64,000 nucleotides of DNA from the human T2T-CHM13v2.0 reference genome, Homo sapiens. Of this stretch, positions 1 to 18,830 are shown piece after piece. A program made the translations under genes and the position numbers. The stretch lies in assembly GCF_009914755.1 (NCBI RefSeq), contig NC_060936.1; one strand, given 5' to 3'. The notes under the pieces are model-generated. The model did no database searches, was not told the DNA's origin, and was given only the letters and a program-made list of their open reading frames with translations. Position 1 is the first letter of the stretch. Every line of letters begins with the position of its first letter.

Positions 1-16
1 CATCATTAAAAAAACT

Positions 17-240
17 TTTTATCATCCATAATTGTACATAATTTTGGAATACATGTGATATTTGATATATGCATACAATGTATAATGATCAAATACAGGT
101 AATTGAGATGGGGTATCCATCATTTCAAACATTTATCATTTCTTTGAGTTAGGAACATTCCACCTCTTTCCTTTTAGCTGTTTTGAAATATACAATAAAT
201 TATTAACTATAGTTGCTTTATTGTAATATTAAACACTAGA
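17..240 (-). mobile_element. Old L1 3' UTR fragment (L1MA-like)
   Basis: Antisense L1MA-type 3' end (ttgtacatat...tacatgtgatatttgatatatgcatacaatgtataatgatcaaat...), cut off by the following Alu. Confidence 0.7.
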
Positions 241-440
241 CATGACAAAATATTTCTATAAAAAATAGGAAGATTAATCAGACATGGTGGTATGCGTCTG
301 TAGTCTCAGCTACTCAGGAGGCTGAAGTGGGAGGATGGCTTGTGCCCATAAGGTAGACGTTGCAGTGAGCCAAGATCATGCCACTGCATTCCAGCCTGGG
401 TGACAGTGAGACCCTGTCTCACAAAAAAAGGAAAAAAAAA
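241..440 (+). mobile_element. 5'-truncated AluJ-type element (linker plus right arm)
   Basis: tgtagtctcagctactcaggaggctgaagtgggaggatggcttg...cagcctgggtgacagtgagaccctgtctc followed by an A tail; ggaggat and gaccctgtctc are J-type features. Confidence 0.85.
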
Positions 441-757
441 TGTATGCCTGAGTAAGAAGGTATCTCCTTATTCTTCCGTTTTCTTTTATAAATATAATGT
501 ACTGGATATAATTATAAACCTGTGTCAACATTCAACTCAAAAAAATATTTATTGAAAACCGCCTATGTGTAAGATACCCTGCAAGAAACATGTTAGAAGT
601 AAAACAGCTCTTGAGTCAAGGAGCTACGTTGTCATATGTGAAAAAGAGCTGTTAGCTAAGAAAGCACTGGTATCTAAAATGCTGTAGGAGATGATCAAGG
701 GTTTTGCTCAGATTTTTGGTAAAAATTGAGAAATTGAATTTGGACCTTACTTTATAG

Positions 758-1099
758 CAGGGGTCCCCAATTCTGAGGCTGTGGACCAGTACCTGTTCGT
801 CGCCTGTTAGGAACTGGGGTACACAGCAGGAGGTGAGCAGCAGCTAGTGAGCATTAGCACCTGAGCTCCATCTCCCGTCAGGTCAGCTGCAGCATTGGAT
901 TTCATAGGAGTACAAACCCTATTGGGAACTGCACATGCAAGGGATCTAGGTTGTGTGCCTCTTATGAGAATCTAATGTTAGATAATCTGAGGTGGAACAG
1001 TTTCATCCATTCCCCGCTAACCACCCCCCCCACCAAGTGTGTGGAAAAATTGTCTTCCATGAAACAGGTCCTTGGTGCCAAAAAGGTTGGAGACAGCTG
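758..1099 (+). mobile_element. MER1B-like hAT-Charlie MITE
   Basis: Termini caggggtccccaa / ttggagacagctg; degenerate 8-bp TSD ctttatag (750-757) / atttacag (1100-1107); body resembles MER1. Confidence 0.85.
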
Positions 1100-1609
1100 A
1101 TTTACAGGATACCGAAGACCTAGACCAGTGGAGTTGGAAGGGTACAATTTGTTGATGGGCTGTGGAAAGAGAACATTAAGATCCACAGTGCCTTTTGATA
1201 ATTGACACAGATATTCTCATCTTTCAAAAACATTTGCTGGTTTTGTTGTCATTTTTTCTATTGTTTTTAACATGACATGCATTTTGTAAACTTATGTGTG
1301 ATGGGCAGATTATCTTTAAATGGCCTACCAAACTCCCAGGAATATTGCACAGGAAGAAGGAGAGGAAAAGGGACTTATAGTTGAGCACAGCTGTACTGCA
1401 GAACATGAACAAAGCAATGATTGACAATAAATCAAAAAAATTATTAGGCTGTTTTATGGAGAATTTCACATGAATCTTAAGGGTTGTACCACATTAGATT
1501 ATTGTTCACAAGATTATTGTTGGGATAATAATGCATTGCAATTGGCTTTATTACCAGATGTTTCTGTTAAAAAAGTTGGAGAGCTGTCCTGTAGTCATAT
1601 GCCCAAGTT

Positions 1610-1920
1610 ATTTTTTTTTGTTTTGAGATGGAGTCTCACTCCATTCTGTCACCCAGGCTGAGTGCAGTGGTGCAATCTCGGCTCACTGCAACCTCTGCCT
1701 CCTAGGTTGAAGTGATTCTCCTGCCTCAGCCTCCTGTGTAACTGAGACTACAGGCGTGCACCACCACGCCCTGCTGAGTTTTTTTTTTTTTTTTTTTTTA
1801 AATAGAGATAGGGTTTCACCATATTGGCCAGGCTGGTCTCGAACTTCTGACCTCGTGATCTGCCTGTCATGGACTCCCAAAGTGCTGGGATTATAGGCTT
1901 GAGCCACACAGCACCCAGCC
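1610..1920 (-). mobile_element. AluS (Sg/Sc-like), full length
   Basis: Both arms antisense; TSD catatgcccaa(g/c)tt at 1596-1609 and 1921-1934; central linker expanded to a ~21-nt T run. Confidence 0.92.
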
Positions 1921-1979
1921 CATATGCCCAACTTCTAAGGCCCAACCCGGGATAAGTGAGACTCCTTGTCAGAAAATGA

Positions 1980-3715
1980 TTTTTTGTGTGTTTAATTGAC
2001 AAATTATAATTGTATGTATTTATGGATATATGATATTTGATATATGCATATATTATAGAATGATTAAATCAAGCTAATTAACATATCACCTCACATGCTT
2101 ATTTTTGTGTTACATTTAAAATCTGCTTTTAATGATTTTGAAATATACATGACATTGTTTTTAACTATAGTCACTATGCTGTGAAATGGCTCTCAAAGAG
2201 TTATTTCTAACAAATTTTATACCTTTTGGTCAACATCTCCCCATCTGTCCCCCATCACCATCCACCCACCTCAGCTTCTGGTAACCACTATTCTACTATC
2301 TGCTTCTATTAGTTTGACTTTTTTAGATTCCACATATAAGATTCTGTAGTATTTATTATTTTATTTAGTATAATGTCTTTTGGGCTCACCCACGTTGTCA
2401 CAAATGACAGAATTTCCTTTTTTTAAGTCTCAGTAGTATTCCATTGTGTATGTATACCATCATCTGTTGGACACTTTAATTGATTTCCTATCATAGCTAT
2501 TGTGAACAGTGCTGCAGTGAACATGGGAGTACAGAAAACTCTTTGACATACTGATTTCAATTGCTTTGGATATATACTCAGGTGTAAGATGCTGGGACAT
2601 ACGTTAAGTTTTTATTTTTCTTTTTGAGGAATCTCCATAATGTTTTTCATAATGGCTGTACTGATTTACATTCCCATCAACTGCATACAGAGTTCCCTTT
2701 CTCCACATCCCCACTAACTTGTTGTCTTTCATCTTTTGGATGGTAGCCATTCAAACAGGTATGAGGTGATATCTCATTGTGGTTTTAATTTGCATTTTCC
2801 TGATGTTAAGCATTTCTTCATATACCTATTGGCCATTGGTGTTTGCTTCTGAGAAACCTCAGGCCTTTTATACATTTTTGGATATTTACCCATTATCAGA
2901 TGTGTGATTTGTATATATTTCCTTCCATTGCATAGGTTGTCTCTTTACTCAGTTACTGTTTTCTTTGCTGTGTAGAAAATTTTTAGTTTGATGCAATAGT
3001 ATTTGTTTATTTTCACTTTTTTTGCTTATGCTTTTCAGGTCATATCCCAAAAACTATTGCCCACACCAATACTGTGAAGCTTTTCTCCTATGTTTTCTTT
3101 TAGTAGTTTTATAGTTTCAGGTCTTATAAAAGTATTTGTTTCTGGTTGATTTTTATAGATAGTATGAGATAAGTGTTTAATTTTATTCTACTGTATGTGG
3201 ATATCTAGTTTTCCCAACCCCATTAGAGACTTTTTCCCCATTGTATGTTCTTGGTGACTTTGTCAAAAATCAATTGATAGTAATGTGTAGGTTTATTTTG
3301 GGCTCTATATCCTGTTCCATTTGTTTGTGTTTCTTTTTTTATGCAAGTACCATGCTATTTTGATAATTATAACTTTGTAATATATTTTGAAATCAGGTAG
3401 TGTGAGTCTTACAGCTTTGTTCTTTTTGCTCAAGACTGATTTGGCTTCTTTGTGGTCTTCTGTGATTCCACACAAATTTTAGAATTGCTTTTTATATTTC
3501 TGAGAAAATTGTCATTGAAATTTTGATAGGGATTGTAGTAAACATTTAGATTGTTTTGAGTAGTATGGACATTTAACAATATTACTTCTTCCAATACACA
3601 AATGTGGGATACCTATTTATGTCTTCAATTTCTTGCATCAATATTTTATAGTTTTCAGAATGTAGAACTTTTATCTTCTTGGTTAAATTTATTTCTATGT
3701 ATTTTATCCTTTCTT
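1980..3715 (-). mobile_element. Old L1MA-type element, 3' UTR plus degenerate ORF2 3' part
   Basis: Antisense L1 motifs (gaggtgatatctcattgtggttttaatttgcatt; ttttgatagggattgt) and an L1MA-type 3' end. Confidence 0.85.
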
Positions 3716-4089
3716 TCAAAAGATATTTTTGATATCACCCTTTAACAAAGACAAATGCTTGCTTTAGCTGCTAACTAATTCAAGAACTTTTCTCTAATTC
3801 TATTTAGAAAATTATTGTGATTAGTCTCTGGATAAAATTGCATGTTCTGATCAGGCATCTCAGTCATCTTTATAACAGCTGAATTTTAGTGTTATAGGCA
3901 GTCAGCCATTGCTCACTCTGTATTTTGTTTGTGTTAGCCAATTGTAGCTTTATTATCTGTAGAGGATAGAGCTATGTAAGCATGCTATAGACATAACTTT
4001 GACTGGCAAGGAGACTAGGTAACAAGTGCTGCGTAGCATTCCCTCTCTGAAACTTCTACAAAGGATTAGATCTTGGAAACAGAAACAGT

Positions 4090-4600
4090 TCCAAGAGATG
4101 GGGCCTGATCTGGTGTTCTTGGTAGGCAATGTGAAGAAATTGAAATTTTTTAAGCAAGAGAATAATATGATCTGAGCTGAACACTGCAGAAAGCAATTTG
4201 GCAATAGTGTCAAAGTTGTATTAGAAGGAAAATATAAATTATTTAAATAGACCAAGTACAAAGCAGTAAAAACCAGCAGGAGGCATCAAAAAGGCAATGA
4301 AGAGATTTAACAGACAGAGGTAGAATGCACAAGACACTGTTACTAACTGGAAGGGAAGAAATGGTAAGGGAGTAAAAACTAAGTTTTCAAGTTTCAGTGG
4401 CTGAGAAAATAGTTTTTAGACAGAGGCATTCAGGAGAAGAATGTAGTTTTTGTGGTGGAAGCATTCAAAATTGGGTTTGTACTCAACAGGGAATATACAC
4501 AAATATGTCCAGAACAAAGAAAAATTAGATATAACTTATGAAAGAGAGATGAAAATCAGATTCAGAGGCACTGACTTGGTTTATATGTACAAGATGAAAA
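4090..4600 (-). mobile_element. Probable L2 remnant
   Basis: Purine-rich degenerate L2-like motifs (ttttaagcaagagaataatatgatctga); weak similarity. Confidence 0.4.
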
Positions 4601-5069
4601 ATCCCGACTGCAAAAGTTATAGTGAATCTCTTATTAGGAAACATGTTTGTATTTGGGAAAGAAACAGCAGGTGGTTATTGCAGATATCTAAAAATATTCA
4701 CTTTCAAACAAATCTTTCCTACTTATTAAAACTATAAACACGATGCTTAATTTTTAAGGGTAATATTGGGATAAGAAACAAAGAAAAATATAAATGGGAC
4801 TAATATGCAAGTTTTGGGAAGTTCTTAGGTTACTTTTAGTTTAAAATAACTTAGAAAAGTAAAAATAAATTACCCTCAGGTTTCACATATTGATGCCCAT
4901 TATGCTTACTTATATCAGCAAATCAATTTATAGCTTTGAGTTCAAGTCTGTTGAATCAAAGTAGGAACATTCACAATGAAAATATCTACAGATATTCTTA
5001 TATTTTAAATCAAGCACACATGAAGAATTGCAAAATATGTATTTTAGCATTTTCAGCCAAAAGTTCAAT

Positions 5070-9261
<4,192 letters not shown>

Positions 9262-10393
9262 TAGGCCTCAGGCAAATGCTCAATGCCTTCCCAAAGTATT
9301 AGGAATACAGTCAAGAAGGAAATTCACTCTCCATTGGAGGTTACTAAATCAACACTTGTTATATGAAATTCCTCATCTATTTCTACTGCTTAGAAAATTG
9401 AAAGACTAATCTTAATGTGAAAGCTCAATATAAAAACTACGTGTTATTTATGAAGCAGAAATTATGGTAAATAGGGCAAATCAAAGAGCAGTTATCAATC
9501 ATGACTTACTTTAGCAATCTAGACTAATTTAAAATACAAAAATGTTGAATAAAAATATTTTATAATTGAAGGGATAGTCCTAAGAGATTATTTATACCAA
9601 AAGATATATGACTGAATTCTGGGAAGACATAAAAGAAGCTTGAGTTATTCTATAATTGTTTATTTAAACTTTATTTTTAAAAACTTGTGGTACCATAGTA
9701 ATATCATACACCAGATATCAACACACTATTTCTCATTGGTTTTGAATTTATACTTTGAAGGTAATTCAATTTAGAGAGGAACTTGGGACAAAATAGCTTC
9801 TGGTTGTGTATTTAATTGAAGAATATGAAGAAATTTCAAATTCAGGTTTAAAATTGTAATCACACAGTAGAGAATAGCAAGCTTAATACTGGATCCCCTA
9901 CAAACAAGATGGCTAAATGTAAGTTGTTTAACAATTTTAAGGGCATACGAAATAATAAATGTAAAGGGCAAATAAACAAAATAGAAAATAACAAATGATA
10001 AAGCTATAATAAAGTGGTGGCATATCTTTAACTCCCAGTTTAAAATATTTTCATACTCTTCAAAACTGATTTTTAATCTAAGAGACTGACTTTATAAATA
10101 CTATCTTATAAATTGTACATATGGAATTTAAATATACAAATTTTGCATTTCATTTTAAACACATAAGCCTTTCCACCTATAGGTATTTGATCAGGAGTAT
10201 CCAATGACAATATTTTATGTATCTCTATTTCACATTATACCATAAACCACCAGTGCCCTTGTTACCACTGGAAACAGAACCATTATTACCTTTAAACCTA
10301 ACTACATTAGAGAATCATTTCCCAAAACCCCAGAATTCTGAAAACTTACCTTTAAGATCCTGTTCTTGTAGAGCTACTCTTAGAAACAAAATC

Positions 10394-10817
10394 TGTATCG
10401 GTCAGGATTCTACCAGAGAAACACATATAATATATACACACAAATATGCATATACAGAGAGAGAGAGAGATTTATTTCACGGCATTGGTTTATGCAATTG
10501 TGGGGTCTGGCTTAGCAAGTCTGAAATCTGTAGAACAGAACGGCATGCTACAAGTTCTCAGGCAGGTGTTAATGTTCAAGTCCACAAGTGATGTTTCTTC
10601 TTATTCAGAGACATTTCAATTTTATTCTTAAAATCTTTCAACTGATAATATAAAGTGCACCCAGATTACCAGTGATAATATCCTTTCCTTAAAGTTAATT
10701 GGTTATAAACGTTGGCCACATCTACTCAATACATACAAAAAACACTTAAATTAGTGTTTGGTTAAATAACTCAGGCATATAGCCAAACCAAGGTGACACA
10801 TAAAACAAACTATCACA
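10394..10817 (-). mobile_element. MLT2-family (ERVL) solo LTR, MLT2D-like
   Basis: tgtatcggtcaggattctaccagagaaaca...(GA)n gatttatt...gtgacacataaaacaaactatcaca, with TG...CA ends. Confidence 0.8.
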
Positions 10818-10849
10818 GGCAGTGAAATGAACAAATTAAGAACAAATGG

Positions 10850-12995
10850 GACAAATAGAGAAAAAATAATATGGTAGACTGAAATCCAACCTAGTAAGAA
10901 TTACATTCTATGTTTTTTACTTTTATGTTTCAGACTTTTTGTCTAAACACAAATTAAAAGATAAATATTGTCAGGCTTGATGTAAAATAAGACCAAACTA
11001 TATGCTATCTATAAGAGACAGCTTTTAAAAAATTCTTTTATTGTTTACAGACAAGGCCTTACTCTGTTACCCAGACTGGTGTGCAGTGGCACAATCATAG
11101 CTCAATGCAACCTCTTGGGCTCAAGTGATCCTTCTGCCCCAGTCTCCTAAGTAGCTAGAACTACAGGTGTCTACCACCATACCTGGCTAATTTTTTGAAT
11201 TGTTTTTGTAGAGATGGAGTCTCACTATGTTGCCAGACTGATATTGAACTCCTAGCCTCAAGTGATCCTCCTGTCTCGGCCTACCAAAACACTGGGATAA
11301 CAGGATTTGGGATACAGGATTGCATACCTAGTCTATAAAAGACAACTTTAAGGAAAAACCAGAGATAAGTTAGAAGTCAAAGAAAAGACACCGTTTATCA
11401 TGCAAATTCAGATAACAAGAAAGTTAGAGAAGTTATATTAATTTAAGATAAAATGGGCTTCAGGAGAAAGATTACCAAAGATAAAAAGGGGCATTTCATG
11501 ATAAAAGTGTAAATTCATCAAGAAAACATATCGAGCCTATATATGTATGCAACTAGTAACAGAACTTAAAAATAATGACTAGAACTGGAAAGAGAAAAAT
11601 GGATAGCTGCACAATTACAATAATACTTCAGAACTGATTTTGCAAAATTGATAAAACAGGTAGAGAAAAAGGATAAAAAACACTTAATAACAAACTTGAC
11701 CTGATTGATAATCACAGTACAGTACACCAAAAACTACAAAATATGCATGATTTGCAGAAACAAAACAGTCTAATAAATTTACAAAAGTGGAACTGATACA
11801 AAAATATATTCTGAGACTACAATGTAATTAAATTAAAAATTCATAACTAAGATATACTAAGAAAATCCCTAAAATTGTATGTTAAACAAGCATAGTTTAA
11901 AATTACACATGTATTAAAGAATTTGCAAAGGATAATAAAAATATTTTAGTTGAATCAAAATGAAAATGCAAAATACAAAATTTCTGGGATGTAGCAAAAA
12001 GTGTTAAAAAAATGGATAGTTCAAGAAAAGTTCAAATTCAATGACCTGATCTTTCACTTTATAAAAGTAAAAAAAAAAAAGAAGAATGTTGCCAAAATGA
12101 ATAGAAGAAATAAGATAGGAACCAAAAAAAAAAAAAAAGAAAGTATATCAACAATAGAAAAAAAAGTCAACAAAGAAAAAAATTCTCTAGCTAGCTTAAG
12201 AGAAAACACACATCAACAATATCTGGAATGAAAGTGGGAACATTTCATCCTATAAACCTTAAAAAATATAAAATAATATTATGAACAACCTCATTTTAAT
12301 AAATTCAATGCATAAGATGAAATGTAAAAACACCCTAAAAGACAAAAATCACTGACACTATTACAAGAAAAAAATGTAAAATTCTGAAAGTAATGCATTA
12401 ATTAAATAAATTAAATTTGCAATTGAAAACTTCTCCACAAAAAAACTTCATGATTAGATGTTTTTACTGGTAAGAACTACTAAACATTTAAGAAAAAAAT
12501 GTTACAACAGCTATAGCAACTCTTCCAGAAAGTATAGGAAAATAATAATTTCCATTTCATTTTATAAAGCCAGAAATACCCTGCTAACAAAACTAAAAGC
12601 ATTATAAATATTTAAAAAAAAGAAAAAAAGAAACAAAATGCTATAGCCTCAAATCTTTTGTAAACAGAAACACAGAAAATGTTTTAAAAATATTTGCAGA
12701 TTGAATCCAGCAAATATAGAAAGGATAAAACATAATGCTCAAGTGGGTTTTGAAGATTTGAGGTTGGTTTACCATGCAAAAAAAAAAATTCTTTTATACA
12801 ATCTTGACAGAAAAAAAATAGAGAAACCATGTGATTAACTCAACAGATAATGAAATGGCATTTGAAAATATGCAACACTTATTGATAAAAATTTTCCAGC
12901 ATACTAGGAATAGAAATTCTTCACCTACAAAAAGGCATCTACAGGTAACTTACAATTCACATTATACTTGCCAGGGAGACACTTCGTGCTTTTCT
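10850..12995 (+). mobile_element. Ancient L1M ORF2 (EN to RT region), interrupted by an Alu
   Basis: A-rich degenerate ORF2 motifs (gaccaaactatatgctatctataagagac; tcaagtgggttt; ggcatttgaaaatatgcaacac). Confidence 0.75.
11033..11332 (-). mobile_element. AluJ
   Basis: Antisense Alu with atcatagctca and ctcactatgttgcc; degenerate TSD tctataa(g/a)agaca(g/a)cttt on both sides. Confidence 0.88.
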
Positions 12996-14001
12996 CAATA
13001 GGAGTGGAGTGAGTTTTCTAGTTTCTTGTTCTAGCACAAAAACACTCTTAGTTCTCTATCCAGGCAACACACATCCTTTATTTTTATAATATCCTAATTA
13101 TAATGAAGGACATTTAATTATAATGGAGCATTTCCTTCATGCTAGCAGGCAATTAGAAGTAACAGAAACAGAAAACTAGAGCTGGATTCAAGAAAATCAA
13201 CTCTTTTATTTTGGTGGTCATAACTTTTTGTCCTTCATGTTCTAGATATTTTCATTAGAAATATACGGAGTTTGTTCCTGTCCTTGCTGATATCCTAGGA
13301 GGATTCTGCAGAGCATTTGCATAAACCACTTTGCCTCATTCAGAAGACAAGGATTTTTACAGAGAAAACATTATTATTGTTTCCTTTATAGTACAAGCCA
13401 TGTCACATGATAAGTTCTGCTTCCCAAAGGATTGTCTATTAAAAGGGGAATGAATTTCACTTGAGCAGGAACACAGGAAAGGCCTCTCAGTAAATACTGC
13501 TTTGAAATTCTGCCCTTAGTGATCATATAATTTTGCTGCATTTTCCCACTTTAAAGCTAGCATTGTAACGTTTCTTATAAACTGACACTCTTTTGCCAGT
13601 GCCAAAATTACTTTGCAGAATCAAGTCATACAATACAGTGAAATCATATCTGGTAAATAGTTTTGCGTATAACTAATTTACTTTCAATGTGACTGGTAGA
13701 CACAGAGCATTTTCTATTTTCCTAGTCAAGGGTAAGAAACAGTTTTTAACATTAAGTGTGACAAGCATGTGAGAGGTTAGAAATGGCAGCAGTGGACTCT
13801 TTCCCCTCCCTGTCACTTACTGCACACTGAACTAATCTCAGCGTAAACAAAACGCACACCAAAACAAGGGACTCTGGACACAAAAATAAATGAGCTTTAA
13901 AGAGATATTTTGGGAAGAAAATGTGATTTCCACATGATTTCTAAAATCCCAAAGTGTTAATTAACATTGACATCTCAACACAAGTAGAAATCAACTTGAC
14001 T

Positions 14002-14333
<332 letters not shown>

Positions 14334-14907
14334 TCAAGCCCCATTGATGTAATAGTTGCAAACGTCCAACCGATTAATATAAAGCATGTAAAATGTATGC
14401 ATTGCTAAGCTTTCTCTGATTTAGTTTATATGTCATTTGGTTTAAAAGGTTGTAACACTGACAGACACAAAAATGTTATGAGAAAGGAGATGCTGTTGTT
14501 ATGATTCACAGATTTCATTTTATATTTGGATTAGAAAAATAAGTGACATTCTGTTGTCAGGTGGTGAATGGTGTTCTTCCACAAACAGGAAATATTGAAC
14601 AAGAAGGGGAGGGAACAGAAAAGAAAAAGACACCATGAGCATCAGTTCCACATGCTTCTGGGGAAAAAATAAACCAGTTGTTGGGCTATCTCATTTCTAT
14701 CCTGTAACATAAATTTTTCACAATCAAACACATATTGATATTCACTTGCTCTCTCTGTCAATGTCCAGGGACAGAAAAGTGTTGCTCAATTAAATTCCCA
14801 TTGACTTTTATTAGAAATCTAACAGATACCAGAGGTTTCTACATATCAGACAAATTAGTTTAAAAAATCTAGTAGAAATGAAAACTACAAATATTTGAAG
14901 TTCTAAG

Positions 14908-15071
14908 TCATGCTTCTCATACTTTAGCATGCCTGGGAATCACCTCAAGGGCTTACTAAAACAAAGACTCCTAGGGACCAGGTCTAGATTGGGCCATGAG
15001 AATGTGCATTTCTGAAAAGCTCCCATGTGATACTGATGCTGCCAGTTTGCAGATGATGCTGAGTAACACTG
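14908..15071. mobile_element. MER5-type hAT-Charlie MITE
   Basis: gaatcacct...gagaatgtgcatttctgaaaagctcccatgtgatactgatgctgc...gagtaacactg. Confidence 0.7.
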
Positions 15072-15614
15072 CTCTTGTCATCACCTGATAATATGTATGC
15101 CCGGGCAGATTAAATGAATACCTATATTAAATTCTATTACTATTAAAAAGCCAGATAGGTTCAGCCTATAAATTTTTAGCAAAGTTGTCTTTTCTTATAC
15201 AGCTATCAGAGACAACTAGGAAAGCTGGAAACTATTTTTCAGGTTCACAGCCCTAATCAAGGATCTCTGTCTTTATAAAGTACTTAGATGGTAGAACAAT
15301 GGGCTTCATCAGAAAGATGACCATTACAAAAAGTGAGAAAAACATCAAGTGTTACATAAAATGTTTATCTCATAGTCACCAATTTCACAGCTGCATATCT
15401 ATATCTAGATTTGTTAAATTTGCCCCTTCTGACAAAACAGTGTACTGGTCTTGATTCCATTATCATAAGTGCAGAGGCTGAGAGGTGGAGTCAGGATTGT
15501 GATATAATCAAGACATCTCAAAATCTAAACTACAGCTTTTTATAATAATTTTAAAGTGATTATTCTGAAATTTCTATATGAACTTTGACATTTATCCATT
15601 TATTCATCATAGCA

Positions 15615-16250
15615 ATCTGAGTCTAATCAGGAGCTAGAAATCCACAGTAGGCTATACAGGGGAAGTTTAATATAAATTATTATGTATAACAAAAGTGTAA
15701 TTATAAGGAAACTCTATATGGTACCCTGGGGCTGAGGGAGAGTACTCAAGGAAGGACAAATCAGACCTTTTGGAAGTATGGTTCAGCCACAAGATAGCAG
15801 AGAAATTCACTGGTTTAACCAGGCCAGAGTTAGTCTGAAGTTACTGAGTGAGCAATAGCCTACTTTCCAGGATTCAGAAAATCAGCAATTGATGGCATGA
15901 GCATGCAGTGGAAGTTCTGGTACCAACAGGGACAAATGGCCTTCAGAGAGTGCAGGCCACATGAAGACTTATAGGAGTAGCACTGAGGTACATCTCCCTC
16001 TTTGCAACAGGCAGCTGTGAGCAAGTTGCATGGTACTTACAGAGAGTCTAAGTGGCGCTTGCTTGAACAGGAGACTGTCAGAGTGCACACTGTGCAGAGG
16101 CTCTGATTTCTGTGTCCAGGGCACTACAGAATGGTTATCTCCAGACTAACATCATGAGCTCCCATTTGAACCATATTTTGGGACCGACTGGGACAGTGCT
16201 TCATCTAATGTTGTAATATTCATACCCTCCCCTTCCTATACAGCATTTGT
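15615..16250. mobile_element. Probable ancient LTR (family uncertain)
   Basis: ctaatcaggagctagaaatccacagtag...ggaagtttaatataaattatt resembles the termini of old mammalian LTRs. Confidence 0.4.
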
Positions 16251-16459
16251 TTGTAAAGGAACACCATTCCCCACCTGACAACAAAAATGTCACTTACCTT
16301 TCCTAATCCAAATATAAATTGTAATGTGGGAATCCTAAAAATGACATCTCCTTTCCTATAACATTTTAGCGTCTGTCAATGTTATAACCTTTTAAACCTA
16401 TAAACAAAATCAGGGAAAGTTTAGTGATGCATACATTTCACATGCGTATGTATATTAAT

Positions 16460-18130
16460 ATGCTGGGTACTTGGGACTGTTACTTTGAGAAAGCTTGAGT
16501 GTTGTTATTCAACTTGATTGTTGCTTATTTCATTGATTTTTCTCTATCTTAATATAGTTATTTCTTTTATTGTTACTTGGTATTGTGTACCTCATTCCAC
16601 TTTTTTGGATTAAATGTACTTTTTGTTTTTTTAGTTTAAGGTGTTAGAAACTTAGATCACTGGACTCAAACTTCTAAGTACCTAAAGCATAAATTTTCTT
16701 TGAAATATTGCTTTTACTGCAACTTACAAATTTTAGTAGGTTGTGTTTTGATTTTCACACCATTTCAAATATATTCTAATTTCCTTGTAATTTTCTCTTT
16801 GACCTATGGGTTGTTTGAAAATGTTACGCGAAGTTCTGAAATATTTGAGCTTTTCAGATATATTTTAATTGATTTCTAATTTAATATTTTTATTTTCAGA
16901 GAACACTCTGAATAATTTCAATTCCTTTAAATTAATTGAGACTTTTACAGCCAAGCATATGGTCTATCTTTGTAATGTTCCATTTGCATTTGAAGGTAAT
17001 ATGCATTCTGTAATAACTGGGTGTACTGGTCTATAAATGTTAATTAGGTTACATTAGTTGAAAATGTCCTTCAAGTATTCTACTTCCCAGTTTTGTGGTT
17101 TTTACTTGTTTTGTTACTGACAGAAGAGTATTAAAATCACCAACTTTAATTGTGAATTTATCTATTTCTCCTTTCTGGTTTATAAGTGTTTGCTTTAAGT
17201 GTTTTACAGTTTTTTTTTTTGTGAATACATATTTAGGCTATTATGTTCCTGATTAATTTGCTTTTTTATCATTGGGAAATGTCATCTTTATCTTTGGTAA
17301 TATTCCTTGCACTAAAATTAATTTTGTCTCATATGAATATAAGCATTTAAGCTTTCTTATTAGAGTTTGTACATTATATCATTTTCCATCCCTTTAGTTT
17401 TAAATCATCTATCTTTATAATTAAAATATGTTTTCTGTAGAGAGTATATAGTCTGGCATTGCTTTGTTTTATACATCATTTTTGTGGATTACTACCTTAT
17501 AATTGGTATATCTAATTCATATACATTTAACGTAATTATTGATATAGTTGAATTTAAGTCTTTGTCATTGATTTTCTATTTTTCTCATAGAATATTTTCT
17601 TTTATAATTTAAATTAATTGAATATTTGGAATATTAAATAATATATTCTCTTCGGCTTTCTTTTCATTATTTATTTTTTTACAAGGTGATCCATTGGGCA
17701 AATAGGCATCTAACTTATCACAGTCCCTGGACGCATCCATTTTGCAATGATTGTCATAAATTTTACTTCTCTGTATGTTAGAAAGCCCTTTTTTTTTTTT
17801 TTGCATTCACCAACATGTTTACCATTTGTATAGATCTTCTGTGTAGATCCATCTACTTTATCTTAACTCCTTTGTCATGGCCTGAATTATCTTTGGAATT
17901 TCCTGAGTTAATTAAAAGGCCTCTCTTCTGACTGGCTAGACTTGAGGGGCTCTCAGCCTTGTTCCAAGTCTGATAATTATTTAGTTTGTAGGATCCCTCA
18001 TGGTGGTTCTTTCTCATTTCTGTTTCTTTGTATGGGCCTGTAAAATCTTATCCTTTCCGTGTATAACTTAGTACTCAGTAAAAAACTCAAGGAGATCCCT
18101 ATGCAGATTTCTGGAGTTATTTTTCTCCAT
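16460..18130 (-). mobile_element. Ancient L1M fragment (ORF2 5' region and upstream)
   Basis: T-rich antisense L1 motifs (tctttgacctatgggttgttt; catatggtctatctt; ttaaaatcaccaact). Confidence 0.7.
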
Positions 18131-18289
18131 AGTTTAAACAAAAACTGAAGCTGAACTCTACCTACCACTACCAAAAAAAAAAAAAAAAAAAAGGCTAGGC
18201 TAACTATTTAAATTTAGTTAATCCACACTTAATTTGTTTACTCTTTCTTCAGCATCTTTTCTATCAAATAAATCAGGAGTATGAGTAAG

Positions 18290-18830
18290 GGGGCCACGGC
18301 AGTAAACCAGGTGATGGACAACAGTCTTGTAGTAGGTGATAGTGATGGAGACGAGAAGTGGTTGAATTTGGACTATTATTTAAAGGTATTACAAAATTTG
18401 TTTAGAGAGGAAACATGAATTATTACAGATCATGAAGAGTCAAAACAGACTCTAGGCTTTCTTGGCCTGATTAATTGGTAGATTCACGGTATCATCTATG
18501 AGGGAAAGCATCATGGGAGAAGCAGGTTTGAAAAGTGGAAGACATGAATATGATTTTGGAGGACATAAGTTTAGTGAACCAATGAAGAGTAGAAGCTGGA
18601 AGTATAAGAAACACAGCAGGAGCAATATCCAGGAATAGTAAGTGGCAAGAAGGTGGAGGGAATAAACTTAGACAATCATTTAATAGGTAAGAAAAGAGAG
18701 TGTGGAGATACAGAAACAATAAGTTGATAAATTTGATGCAGAAGTTTGTGTAAGTTTTCTTATGATCACTACTATTTTACTAACGTCAGGAAGGAAGAGG
18801 AGGTGATTTTAAAGTCGATTAGGGGTTTTC
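18290..18830 (-). mobile_element. L2 remnant
   Basis: gagaagtggttgaatttggactattatttaaagg...gagtcaaaacagactctaggctttcttggcctga...gggagaagcaggtttg. Confidence 0.6.

Noticed and set aside
1683-2002. ORFs of 82-84 aa (likewise 14118-14333, 34131-34417, 48404-48798, 52998-53180)
   Set aside because: These are translations of Alu sequence with poly-K/poly-F tracts, not genes.
10217-10591. 124-aa Pro/Leu-rich ORF
   Set aside because: It runs into an MLT2 LTR and its microsatellite and has no recognisable domain.
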